64,000 nt of DNA. Source: Desulfarculia bacterium (GTDB lineage: Bacteria > Desulfobacterota > Desulfarculia > G963662305). The position numbers and the translations under genes are program-made. Numbering within the stretch: the first letter of the stretch is position 1; each line of letters starts with the position of its first letter. The notes beneath the pieces are model-generated. The model saw only the letters and a list, made by a program, of their open reading frames with translations. It did not search any database and was not told the DNA's origin. The stretch is taken from positions 960,428-1,024,427 of the forward strand of contig OY759351.1 in NCBI GenBank assembly GCA_963662305.1, read 5' to 3'. Shown piece after piece: positions 47,805 through 57,389 of the stretch.

Positions 47805-49925
47805 GTGCGCGAGTTGGCCGTTGTCTCAACAAACTCAAACCCCGGGGTTTTACGAATGGGACGAAGTGAGATGATCGAACGGTCATTCCTGCCCGCCGTC
47901 GAATTTGAATTCGCCGTCCTGGCTGATACCCACTACATGCAGGACCCGGGTTCCGAGCAGGTTGAATTCCAGTCCCGCCGTCTCCAGACGGCGAGAATCG
48001 AGAGGGTGTTGGGGCTGGTTGAATCCCTGGAAGTCGATTTTGTGGTTCACCTCGGGGATCTGACCCAAAATTACCCCGAGGCCGAAGGCTATCATGATTC
48101 GCTCGACCAGGCCCTGGGGCAACTCAAGAAACGCAACCTGAATTGGCGGTTCGTGGCCGGTAATCACGATGTGGGGGACAAGCCCGATCCGACCATGCCC
48201 ACAGAGTGGGTCTCTGAAGAAAGGCTCTCCCATTATCACCGCGTTGTCGGCCCTTCGTGGTATAGCTGGGACCGGAATCGCCGCCATTTCGTGGTCTTAA
48301 ATTCACAGATACTGAATTCCGCCCTGCCCCAGGCCGCCGCCCAGAATCAGTGGCTGGAAGAAGATCTGGCGGCCCACCGGGGCAGGCCGGTTTTCATGTT
48401 CATGCATCTGCCGCTTTATCTGGAAAACGAGGCCGAACCGGATTTGGGGCATTATGACAATATCGGTCAGCCGGCCCGCCGGAGATTGCTTAGTTTGATC
48501 CGTGAGTACGGGGTAAAGCTGGTTTTCGCCGGCCACAGCCACTACCCCTTTTTCGATAATATCGGAGCGACGAAATATTACGTGGCCGCTTCGCCTTCTT
48601 TCACCCGGCCGGGATTCGGGGAGATGTTTTCCAGTTGCCCTCCCCCGGAAAGGGGTCGCAATGATCAAGGCAAGCTGGGATTTTATCTGGTCCGGGTCGG
48701 CGGCGACAACATCGAGGTCCACTTTATCAGAACCGGAGGGGAGACCGCAGCCCTGGGAAGCGAACCGGATTATAAGAAGATCGTTCCCTGCCTTTCCTCG
48801 GAATATCCCGATTCGCCGATGGGGCTGACGCTTCGGCATCCCCTGTCCTGGAGAAGCGAGGTCCCGATCGCCTTTCCCTCGACCATCCGCCAGAAAGTTC
48901 GTAATGATTGCCAGATGTTGGCTATCACCGAACTGGGCTGCAGGCACCTCCGGGTTCCGGCGGCCGATTTTCAAGATGAGTTTCAACGGCAGAGGTTGAC
49001 CATCTTAAGGAACCAGGGTGTCGGCCTGACCGCTTTTTGGTTGTGGTCCGAGGGACTTGATTTGGTTTCAGCGATCCTGCCCTTCAGGGATCTTCTGGAC
49101 GGGATGGAGATTCAATTGGTCGGTCTCACCAAGCCGGGGCCGGAGTGTCTGGACCTGATGGCAGCCCTGGTCTCTCAATCAGGTCTGGAAACGACCCTTT
49201 CAACCCTGATTCCGAACGAGCGTGTCCGGGGCAAACAGCATGATCGTCCCAGATTCGGATTTCTGCCAGGCGAGTTGCCGGAATTGATTCACCATCTGAG
49301 CAAAAACCGGCCTGGTCCGGGACGGATCACAGCCCGCCTTGAACCCGGAATCGAACCTTGGGAGACCGTTGTTCGAGGCCGGTGGGCATCCCGTCCGGAC
49401 CGCCCCTTTGCGATCGACTGGCTGGTGGAAATGCAGACCACGGACGAGTCGGAGCAGACGGCCCTGGCGGCCGAAGCCCTGTTCGCCGGGGCCGCCTTGG
49501 GCGACTCCCGCATCTTCCTGGAACCCGTAATCGACCTTGACCGGACAATGGACGCCGCCTTCGGGCTGCTCGACCGGTTGGACAATCCCCGTCCCGCTTT
49601 CAGGGCCGTCAGTTGTCTGAACACCATACTTTTCAATAGCGGCGGAAAGTACAGTCCGAGAGAGCCTTTTCAGTTTGACGGGGTTCGGGTGCTGGGCCTT
49701 GACGGAAAAGGGGAAACGCTTCTCCTGCTCCTGCCCGACCGGTCAAACCGGGACGGGGTGGAAGTGGATATCCAGGGGCTCGAATCCCTGGCGGGAATCT
49801 CGGGGACAGACGAATACTATGATCTGGGAAAAGGGGCGGGGATGAAGCCGGGATTCGGCGAAGACCGCGATTCACAATCCTTGTTGCGGCCCACAGGTCC
49901 GATCCTGCTCGTGGTCCGGTACTGA
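47805..49925 (+). CDS. calcineurin-like metallophosphoesterase with an ~450-aa uncharacterised C-terminal region
   Basis: The N-terminal ~250 aa carry the metallophosphoesterase motifs LADTHY, GDLTQNY, GNHD and GHSHY. The C-terminal two thirds match no family I recognise. The start is GTG 47805 or ATG 47871. Confidence 0.65.
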   Translation: MRELAVVSTNSNPGVLRMGRSEMIERSFLPAVEFEFAVLADTHYMQDPGSEQVEFQSRRLQTARIERVLGLVESLEVDFVVHLGDLTQNYPEAEGYHDSLDQALGQLKKRNLNWRFVAGNHDVGDKPDPTMPTEWVSEERLSHYHRVVGPSWYSWDRNRRHFVVLNSQILNSALPQAAAQNQWLEEDLAAHRGRPVFMFMHLPLYLENEAEPDLGHYDNIGQPARRRLLSLIREYGVKLVFAGHSHYPFFDNIGATKYYVAASPSFTRPGFGEMFSSCPPPERGRNDQGKLGFYLVRVGGDNIEVHFIRTGGETAALGSEPDYKKIVPCLSSEYPDSPMGLTLRHPLSWRSEVPIAFPSTIRQKVRNDCQMLAITELGCRHLRVPAADFQDEFQRQRLTILRNQGVGLTAFWLWSEGLDLVSAILPFRDLLDGMEIQLVGLTKPGPECLDLMAALVSQSGLETTLSTLIPNERVRGKQHDRPRFGFLPGELPELIHHLSKNRPGPGRITARLEPGIEPWETVVRGRWASRPDRPFAIDWLVEMQTTDESEQTALAAEALFAGAALGDSRIFLEPVIDLDRTMDAAFGLLDRLDNPRPAFRAVSCLNTILFNSGGKYSPREPFQFDGVRVLGLDGKGETLLLLLPDRSNRDGVEVDIQGLESLAGISGTDEYYDLGKGAGMKPGFGEDRDSQSLLRPTGPILLVVRY

Positions 49926-49969
49926 AGGCATGAAGCATGTTTCTCCCAAATGGCAACTCGAATTTATTC

Positions 49970-49998
49970 TTGACTATAAATGTGAGGGACATATAATT
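49970..49998 (+). promoter_or_regulatory. sigma70 promoter of the gntR operon (TTGACT, 17-nt spacer, TATAAT)
   Basis: TTGACT 49970-49975 and TATAAT 49993-49998. The operator motif begins inside the -10 box. Confidence 0.6.
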
Positions 49999-50034
49999 GG
50001 TAAGACCGGTAAGGATATCCTACCGGTAAGGAGA
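49997..50034. promoter_or_regulatory. GntR/FadR-type operator-like bipartite palindrome overlapping the -10 box and transcript start of the regulator gene
   Basis: TTGGTAAGACCGGT-aaggatat-CCTACCGGTAAGG; core TGGTnnnACC as in FadR-subfamily operators. Confidence 0.55.
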
Positions 50035-50041
50035 TGACGGT

Positions 50042-50773
50042 ATGGCCTTTGAAAAAATAGCCCCTGGAACATTTCAGAACAGAAGCTCTCTCATCGCCAA
50101 GATCATTGTGGAAAAAATCCAAGCCGGCGAATACAAGGTCGGTTCCAAGCTGCCGCCGGAAAGAGTGCTCGCCGAGCAGATGGGGGTCGGACGGCCGGCC
50201 ATCAGGGAGGCCATCTGCGCCCTACAAATCGTGGACATAGTGGAGAGCAGGCCGGGCGACGGCACCTACGTCCAGAACACCGAATGGGCCAACCCGAGTA
50301 CGTTGCAGCGGGAAAGTTCCGCCCTTTCGCTGCTGGAGGAGGGCGACAACCCCTTTGAGGCCCTGGAGGCCAGGCGGACCGTGGAAGCAGATACCGTGAG
50401 GCGTGCTTCTGAAAGAAGGGATCAGCAGGATCTTGAAAAAATCAAATTGACTCTTGACCGGATCGTTGCCGCCGTCCGCGATAAGGAGATAGACGATCTG
50501 CTCGAAGCCGATTGCGAATTTCACGAAGCTATCGCTGTCGCGGCCAAAAATACGCTTCTGGAAAGAATCCTCAAGTCCCTCATGAAAGTGATGGAGCAGG
50601 AACTCTGGACCAAGATCAAGAAACAGTTTCTGGCAAGCAATTCCAAGGATCATTTGTCGGAGACCGTTAAGTCTCACGAAGAGATTTTTGAGGCCATAAA
50701 AAACCAAGACGGGCAAAGAGCGGCCAAGATCATGGAACGGCATTTTGACGAAATAGAACGTTTGTTCGATTAG
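50042..50773 (+). CDS. GntR-family (FadR-subfamily, FCD domain) transcriptional regulator
   Basis: The N-terminal winged helix-turn-helix is KLPPERVLAEQMGVGRPAIREAICALQIVDIV. An FCD-like helical domain forms the C-terminus. The AGGAG ribosome-binding site is 7 nt before ATG. Confidence 0.85.
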   Translation: MAFEKIAPGTFQNRSSLIAKIIVEKIQAGEYKVGSKLPPERVLAEQMGVGRPAIREAICALQIVDIVESRPGDGTYVQNTEWANPSTLQRESSALSLLEEGDNPFEALEARRTVEADTVRRASERRDQQDLEKIKLTLDRIVAAVRDKEIDDLLEADCEFHEAIAVAAKNTLLERILKSLMKVMEQELWTKIKKQFLASNSKDHLSETVKSHEEIFEAIKNQDGQRAAKIMERHFDEIERLFD

Positions 50774-50791
50774 GAACAGATTGGAGAATAG

Positions 50792-51262
50792 ATGTCTGTT
50801 GAAGATAAGCTGAAAGAGATGGGGCTCCAGCTCGATTTGGACCGGGAGGTCAAGGCGCCTGTTATTAACAAAGCAACCAGATCGGGAAATTTAATTTTCG
50901 TTTCCGGACACGGACCGCTCGGCCCTGATGGGAAGATGGCTTTTTCGGGCCGGGTCAGCGCAGAGCTTAGCCTGGAGGAAGGGTACCAGGCGGCCAGACT
51001 CTGCGCCCTCGATTGTCTGTCTTCGGTAAAGGCCATGGTCGGGTCTCTGGATGAAATCGAGGAAATCGTCTCGGTCAGGGGCTATGTAAGCAGCTCCCTT
51101 GATTTTTTTGATCAACCCAAGGTTTTAAACGGCGCCTCGGAATTCCTTATCGCCCTATTGGGGGACCGTGGCCGCCACACCCGGACAGCCATCGGCACCT
51201 CCGCCCTGCCCGGCAACATTCCGGTTGAGGTAGACATGATCGTCAGGGTTGGGTCCGCTTAG
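50792..51262 (+). CDS. Rid (YjgF/YER057c) family protein
   Basis: Chorismate-mutase-like Rid fold signature (...DQPKVLNGASE...RTAIG...P); about 156 aa. Confidence 0.8.
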   Translation: MSVEDKLKEMGLQLDLDREVKAPVINKATRSGNLIFVSGHGPLGPDGKMAFSGRVSAELSLEEGYQAARLCALDCLSSVKAMVGSLDEIEEIVSVRGYVSSSLDFFDQPKVLNGASEFLIALLGDRGRHTRTAIGTSALPGNIPVEVDMIVRVGSA

Positions 51263-51308
51263 GATCTGAAAACCGCTTTCCGCCGCACCGGCATAAAGGA
51301 GCGCTCCA

Positions 51309-51782
51309 GTGGGAGAAGCTGAGAAAAAAATAAGGGAGTTGGGGCTGGTTCTGGCCCCCAGGACGGAGATTCGGACGCCGGTCTACGAAAAAGCCAAGCG
51401 GGTCGGCGATCAGGCTTTTGTGGCCGCTCACGGTCCGCAGGACTCCCAGGGCCGGGTGGCATTCACCGGCCGTCTGGGAATCGACCTCACCATTGATGAA
51501 GGCTACGAGGCGGCAAGACTTTGTGCTCTTGACTGCCTGGCCTCTCTGAAGGTTTTGCTGGGTACGCTCGACAAAATTTCCCAGGTCGTCATGGTCAGGG
51601 GTTTTGTCAACAGTGCCGATGGTTTTTTTGACCAGCCCAAGGTAATGAACGGCGCTTCTGAGGTTCTCATTGATATTTTCGGTGACCGGGGCAGGCATTC
51701 CAGGACAGCCATAGGCGTGCCCGTTTTACCCAGAAACCTGGCCGTTGTTGTTGATATGCAGGTCGATTTGGTTTCCGACTGA
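51309..51782 (+). CDS. Rid-family protein, tandem paralog
   Basis: About 50% identical to the upstream Rid gene (CALDCL, FFDQPKV.NGASE, GDRGRH.RTAIG shared). Confidence 0.8.
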   Translation: MGEAEKKIRELGLVLAPRTEIRTPVYEKAKRVGDQAFVAAHGPQDSQGRVAFTGRLGIDLTIDEGYEAARLCALDCLASLKVLLGTLDKISQVVMVRGFVNSADGFFDQPKVMNGASEVLIDIFGDRGRHSRTAIGVPVLPRNLAVVVDMQVDLVSD

Positions 51783-51840
51783 TCCATATCCGACCTGGCC
51801 CAGGTTTCGACAGCCTCTCGTTCACTCTTCGGAGGAAAAC

Positions 51841-53139
51841 ATGAAAAACGACAAATCGACGGCATTGCTCAACGAATATGACCGCATCGTTCCGGGAGGA
51901 GTGCACTCAAATTTCCGTCGGCCGGTCTATTTCAAGAAGGTCCAGGGAGCCTATCTCTGGGATGTTGACGGCAACGAATATCTTGATTGCGTGATCAACA
52001 ACGGCGCCTGCATTTTGGGACATGGCGACCCGCAAGTCGCTGCGGCAGTGACAGAAACGATGAGCAACGGCCTCACCGTCGGGCTGGAGTCCGAACTCAG
52101 CCTGGAGGTGGCCAAACAGCTTCACGAGATGATCCCCTCGGCCGAACAGGTCCGGCTGGCGAATACCGGCACCGAGGCGGTGATGAAGGCCCTGATGGTC
52201 GCCCGGGCCTTCACCGGAAGGGAAAAGATAATAAAGGTGGAGGGATGTTATCACGGCTGGTTTGACGAGGCCCAGGTGAGCGTCCATCCGGATCCGCAGG
52301 AGTCCGGTCCGGCCGATGCCCCGATCCCGGTTCTTGAGACTTCGGGTATCAGACATAACACAACCGAATCGGTACTGGTCGTTCCCTTTAACAACCCGGA
52401 GTCGCTTGAGCGGACCCTGGAGGCCAACAAGGACCAGGTTGCGGCCATGATAATCGAGCCGGTGGTGCTCAACAGCGGCTGCATTATGCCTCAGCCGGGA
52501 TATTTGGCCGAGGTCAGGCGGCTGACCGAAAAATACGGCGTGCTTCTGGTCTTCGACGAGGTGATTACCGGTTTCAGGCTGGCTCCCGGAGGGGCCCAGG
52601 AACTCTTCGGGGCGGTTCCGGACCTCAGTACCTTTGCCAAGGCCATTGCCAACGGGTACTCCCTGGCAGCCTTAGCCGGCCGCAAGGATCTGATGGAGTT
52701 GACCCGGCCGGGCCGGCGTCTGACCTATGGCGGGACCTACAACGGGCAGTATTCGGCCCTGGCTGCGGCGTCGGTCTGCCTCCGGAAACTGAAGGACGGA
52801 ACGGTCCAGAAACACCTCGATACAATAGGCCGGACCCTTTGCCGAAGGTTTGAAAGGGAGGCGGCTGAGGTGGGAGTAAAAGCCCGCATATACCAATGCG
52901 GCGGCGAGTTCCAGATCTATTTCACAGACCGGGAGATCAAGGACTACCGCGACGCCTGCTCCGCCGACCAGGACAGCTACCGGATCTTTTTCGAGACCGT
53001 CAGCGACAAGGGGCTTTGGATGAGCGCGGGGTACTTGTTCCACCACGGCCTGACCTACGCTCACGGCGAGGCCGAATTGGACAAGATCATAACCGCCTTC
53101 AGGGCCGGTCTGGAGGCGGTGAGGGCCTTTCAGGGCTGA
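51841..53139 (+). CDS. class III PLP-dependent aminotransferase (glutamate-1-semialdehyde aminomutase-like)
   Basis: GGVHSNFR, YLWDVDGNEYLD, NTGTEAV and FDEVITGFR motifs. ATG 51841 directly after GGAGGAAAAC. Confidence 0.8.
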   Translation: MKNDKSTALLNEYDRIVPGGVHSNFRRPVYFKKVQGAYLWDVDGNEYLDCVINNGACILGHGDPQVAAAVTETMSNGLTVGLESELSLEVAKQLHEMIPSAEQVRLANTGTEAVMKALMVARAFTGREKIIKVEGCYHGWFDEAQVSVHPDPQESGPADAPIPVLETSGIRHNTTESVLVVPFNNPESLERTLEANKDQVAAMIIEPVVLNSGCIMPQPGYLAEVRRLTEKYGVLLVFDEVITGFRLAPGGAQELFGAVPDLSTFAKAIANGYSLAALAGRKDLMELTRPGRRLTYGGTYNGQYSALAAASVCLRKLKDGTVQKHLDTIGRTLCRRFEREAAEVGVKARIYQCGGEFQIYFTDREIKDYRDACSADQDSYRIFFETVSDKGLWMSAGYLFHHGLTYAHGEAELDKIITAFRAGLEAVRAFQG

Positions 53140-53200
53140 TCGCTGAAAAACTGGTCACCTGTGGGAGCTAGAATTTCTTTTTGGATACGGAGGCAAACTA

Positions 53201-54433
53201 ATGGCAGCCAATACACAACGCCCCTGGATCAGTGAGAGGGCCTTCATCAGCCCCTGGACATACGAGGCCAATCAATCACTTAGTCTGCCCGGGCAGGTGA
53301 CGATCTACGACGTCACCCTGAGAGACGGTGAACAATACCCCGGGTTGGTTTTTACCAAGGAAGACAAGATTCGCCTGGCCGAGGCCCTCGACGATCTGGG
53401 CATAAGCCGCCTGGAGGCCGGGATGCCGGCTGTCTCAAAGGACGATTTCGAGGCTGTTTGCGAGATCGTTAAAAGAATTAAGTCCGATGTGGTGGTCTTC
53501 TGCCGGGGATTGGAAAGCGATGTGGATCTGGCCGTGGAGGCCGGGGCGTGGGGGGTGATAGTGGAGCTCCCCTCCAACCAGACTCTCATCGAAAAAGGAT
53601 ACCAGTGGACCCGGGAGGATGTGGTCGGCAAGGCCATCAAAACCTGTAACTACGCCAAAGGTAAAGGCCTCCATACCACTTTCTTCCTCATCGATTCCTC
53701 GGGCGCCGATCCGTCCTTTTTGAAGTCGATTATCGAAGAGGTCGTCCCCAGGACCGACATCGACTCCCTGACCGCGGTGGACACCTTCGGGCGGTTGAAC
53801 CCTATGGGAACGGCCGCCTTTGTCAAAAAAGTTCGAGAATGGAGCGGGGTTCCGGTGGAGATTCACGTCCACAACGATTTCGGGCTGGGGCTGGCCAACT
53901 CGCTGTCAGCCGTGGAGGCCGGGGCGGTTGCGGTCCACACCAATATGCTCGGACTGGGAGAGCGCTCGGGAGGAGTGCCCACGGAAGAGGCAGCTGCGGC
54001 CCTGGAATACATCTACGGCCTGGATACGGGTGTGGATCTGAAAAAGGTAAAGAAGACGGCCCAGGTATTCGAGTCCGTCTCCGGGGTGAAAATGACGGGC
54101 CACAAGCCGGTTGTCGGAGCAAACTCCTTTGCCTACGAGGCGGGAATAGCGGCCATGTTCTCCTATCGGCTTTTCAAGGATGATCTGCCTTTGAATGTGA
54201 TGCCCTACCGTCCCGATCTGGTGGGCGGTGAATTCCGGATAGACCTGGGCAAAAAAGCCGGGCAGTACAACGTGATGTGGCATCTGGACCGGCTCAGTCT
54301 GGCGGCCGACGAAGACCAGGTGCGCCGAATGGTCGATCTGATAAAGGCCAAATCAATGGAAAAACGCAGCGCCATCACTGAGAACGAATTCATCGACATC
54401 TATAAAACGGTTTGCCCCGGTGCTTCCATCTAA
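53201..54433 (+). CDS. DRE-TIM metallolyase (HMGL-like / pyruvate carboxyltransferase family) aldolase or synthase
   Basis: YDVTLRDGEQ motif near the N-terminus and HVHNDFGLGLAN metal site. Confidence 0.7.
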   Translation: MAANTQRPWISERAFISPWTYEANQSLSLPGQVTIYDVTLRDGEQYPGLVFTKEDKIRLAEALDDLGISRLEAGMPAVSKDDFEAVCEIVKRIKSDVVVFCRGLESDVDLAVEAGAWGVIVELPSNQTLIEKGYQWTREDVVGKAIKTCNYAKGKGLHTTFFLIDSSGADPSFLKSIIEEVVPRTDIDSLTAVDTFGRLNPMGTAAFVKKVREWSGVPVEIHVHNDFGLGLANSLSAVEAGAVAVHTNMLGLGERSGGVPTEEAAAALEYIYGLDTGVDLKKVKKTAQVFESVSGVKMTGHKPVVGANSFAYEAGIAAMFSYRLFKDDLPLNVMPYRPDLVGGEFRIDLGKKAGQYNVMWHLDRLSLAADEDQVRRMVDLIKAKSMEKRSAITENEFIDIYKTVCPGASI

Positions 54434-54566
54434 CCGGAGCTGTCGGCTCATCACTGCAGGGTGGGTTGTCCGTTTTCAGGATGATCAACTCTGCCAATCA
54501 AGCGCTTACGCGCCTTGGAGTTGATCGGGGTGACGATTATTTCTTCCCGATCAGGTCCATAGGGGA

Positions 54567-56465
54567 GTGATCAGGCCAATGAACCGGGAATTCAACGACA
54601 CCATAACCCGAATCGCCCTGTGGTACAGCAGATTGGGCGCGATCTGCCTTCTCGGAATCGTGCTTGTCATTTTGATAGACGTATTCCTGCGGCGGATGTT
54701 CCACATGACCTTTGTGGGCGCCCTGGAATCGGTGGAACTGATGCTGATCATGGTGATGTTCGCCGGCCAGGCCCACACCGAAATAAACGACCGTCACGTT
54801 CAGATAGACATCCTCACGGATAAGCTGTCTCCCCGTACTCAAGCGGTGCTGAGGGTCTTTGTCGGAGCCATGAGTCTGGGTATCACCTTCATCCTGGTCT
54901 GGCAGTCGTTCGTCATGGCCCACAACATGCAGTTGGCCGGAGACAGAACCGGAATGCTGGGGCTTCCCGTATATCCCATGATCTACCTCATGGCGGTGGG
55001 CCTTTCGCTTTTGTGTTTCGTCCTATTTATCGAGTACTACAGATATGTTCGAGAACTTTTAGCCCGGGGAAAAGGCTCCTGGGCCGTGGTCCTGATTTCG
55101 GTCGTTGCGGTCGCCGCTCTCTTTTTGGTGCCGTGGTGGGGCAGATCGCTCTGGCCGGACATCAGCCGCCAGTCGATCGGGATAATCTTTTTGAGCGGTC
55201 TTTTCCTTCTTCTGTTCTTAAGGATGCACATCGGACTGGCGATCGCCTTTTGCGGAGTCATCGGCATGTCCTTTCTGGTCAACTATACGGCCGGCTTCAG
55301 CCTGGCCGGAATCACCATCAAATCGGTGGCCTCGAGCTACACCTGGAGCGTTATCCCGCTGTTCGTCTTTATGGGCTATCTGGCCTCCAACACCGGCATG
55401 GCCCGGGAGATATACGAGACAGCCTACGCCTGGGTCGGGTATCAGCCGGGCGGTCTGGCCATCGCGACCATGGGGGCCTGCGGCGGTTTTGCCGCGGTCA
55501 CGGGCGACACCCTCTCCGGGGCGGTGACCATGGGTTCGATCTCCCTGCCGGAGATGAAACGCTACAACTACGATCCCAAACTGGCCACCGGAGCTGTTTG
55601 CGCCGGCGGGACCCTGGGGGTGCTGATCCCCCCCAGCATAGGCTTCATCATCTACGGACTGCTGACCGAGGAATCCATCGGGAAGCTTTTTATCGCCGGC
55701 ATAGTCCCCGGCATTCTGCTGGTTTTGCTCTTCGCCGCGACCATATCGATCATGGTCCGGCTGAACCCGGCCATGGGGCCCCGGGGCGAAAAGGTCGGCT
55801 TCAGGGAAAAGGTGATATCCCTGAGAAAAACATGGGGGGTTATTCTTTTATTCGTCGTCGTTATCGGGGGTATTTACGGCGGCGTTTTTACCGCCACCGA
55901 AGCCGGCGTGGTCGGCGCAGCAGGGGCGCTGGTCCTCGGGCTGATAAAAAGATCGCTTACCTGGGAAAGGTTCCTGGACGCCCTCAACCAGACCATCCAG
56001 ACGACCTCGATGGTCTTTCTGATATTCATCCCGGCCACGATCCTGAATCATTTTCTGGCCGCCACCAAACTGCCGATGATGATGGCCAATTTTCTGACCG
56101 AGATCCAGACCGCACCCATCGTGATAATCATCATCATAATGATTTTCTACATAATAATCGGGTGCGTCATGAACGTCCTGCCGGCCGTCATCCTGACTCT
56201 GCCGCTGATCTATCCCACCGTCAAGACGCTCGGTTTCGATCCTACCTGGTTCGGGGTGGTGATGATGATAATCATGGAGATGGGCCAGATCACACCGCCT
56301 ATCGGAATGAACGTCTTCGCCATCTCGGGTGTGGCCAAGTACGTACCCATGGGTGATATTTTTAAGGGCATCATGCCTTTTTGGCTCGCCATGACGGTTT
56401 TCGTGGCCCTGCTTCTGATATTCCCCCAGATAGCCACATTTTTGCCTGATTTGCTGATGAAATAA
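54567..56465 (+). CDS. dctQM: TRAP transporter fused small/large permease (DctQ-DctM)
   Basis: N-terminal four-transmembrane DctQ-like part, then a DctM large permease (...GGTLGVLIPPSIG...); about 17 transmembrane segments. Confidence 0.8.
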   Translation: MIRPMNREFNDTITRIALWYSRLGAICLLGIVLVILIDVFLRRMFHMTFVGALESVELMLIMVMFAGQAHTEINDRHVQIDILTDKLSPRTQAVLRVFVGAMSLGITFILVWQSFVMAHNMQLAGDRTGMLGLPVYPMIYLMAVGLSLLCFVLFIEYYRYVRELLARGKGSWAVVLISVVAVAALFLVPWWGRSLWPDISRQSIGIIFLSGLFLLLFLRMHIGLAIAFCGVIGMSFLVNYTAGFSLAGITIKSVASSYTWSVIPLFVFMGYLASNTGMAREIYETAYAWVGYQPGGLAIATMGACGGFAAVTGDTLSGAVTMGSISLPEMKRYNYDPKLATGAVCAGGTLGVLIPPSIGFIIYGLLTEESIGKLFIAGIVPGILLVLLFAATISIMVRLNPAMGPRGEKVGFREKVISLRKTWGVILLFVVVIGGIYGGVFTATEAGVVGAAGALVLGLIKRSLTWERFLDALNQTIQTTSMVFLIFIPATILNHFLAATKLPMMMANFLTEIQTAPIVIIIIIMIFYIIIGCVMNVLPAVILTLPLIYPTVKTLGFDPTWFGVVMMIIMEMGQITPPIGMNVFAISGVAKYVPMGDIFKGIMPFWLAMTVFVALLLIFPQIATFLPDLLMK

Positions 56466-56568
56466 GGCGAGTGGATTGAAATTGGCGGCGACCCCAAAAC
56501 ATCCGTCCGGTGATCGGAGGCCTGATCGGGTTCGGTCAGGGGAGACGGGATATTCAGAGGAGGAAACT

Positions 56569-57330
56569 ATGCTGTGGTCAGAGATGACCTCCCCTCAGGT
56601 AGAGAAGTGCGCCAAGGAGAATTATCTTGTCGTTCTGCCCTGCGGCTCCCTGGAGCAGCACGGGTGGCATCTCCCGGTGGACACGGACAGCGACATCATC
56701 ACCAACGTGGCCCGTCAGGCGGCGTCAAAGATAGAACGGACCGTGGTAATGCCGACCTTGTGGTGCGGCTTTTCGCCCCAGCACCAATCTGCGGCCGGGA
56801 CCGTATCCCTCTCTCTTTCGACCTACGCCTCCTTGATCCAGGAGATCATCGGCGCCGTGGCCGAACACGGTTTCAAGCGGATGGTGCTGCTCAACGGGCA
56901 CGGGGCCAACGAGGAGCCGCTTCGGGCTGTTGTCCGCGGGTTGGTCAAGGAATACCGGATCAGGCTGCTGGTGCTGACCTACTGGTATCTTATCGACCGG
57001 GCCGAGGTGGAAAAGATACGGGAGGGGGGACCGGGCAGCATGGGCCACGCCGGAGAGATGGAGACTTCGGTGGAGCTTTACCTGCGACCCGATCTGGTCC
57101 ACATGGATAAGGCGGTTTCAAACCCGATCCGGCCCAAACTGAAGCATCAGTGGGAGGATATGTTTGCTCCGGGGCCGGCCTTTATGGTCGATTCGCTTTA
57201 TCGTTCCTCGGGGCCCGTGGTCCGGGGAGACGCCACCTGCGGCAGCGCCGAAAAGGGTCGCAAATTCATGGACTGGTCCATCCAGAAGGTAGCCGAATAT
57301 TTACAGGGGTTCATGGAGTTGAACGACTGA
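56569..57330 (+). CDS. creatininase-family amidohydrolase
   Basis: LPCGSLEQHGWHLPVDTD...LNGHG...GHAGEMETS motifs; ATG 56569 after GGAGGAAAC. Confidence 0.75.
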   Translation: MLWSEMTSPQVEKCAKENYLVVLPCGSLEQHGWHLPVDTDSDIITNVARQAASKIERTVVMPTLWCGFSPQHQSAAGTVSLSLSTYASLIQEIIGAVAEHGFKRMVLLNGHGANEEPLRAVVRGLVKEYRIRLLVLTYWYLIDRAEVEKIREGGPGSMGHAGEMETSVELYLRPDLVHMDKAVSNPIRPKLKHQWEDMFAPGPAFMVDSLYRSSGPVVRGDATCGSAEKGRKFMDWSIQKVAEYLQGFMELND

Positions 57331-57389
57331 GAAGCTGGCTTCCATGTCCCTGACTGAAATGAAAGATGTTTCTTAAGGGAGAGTTTTCG

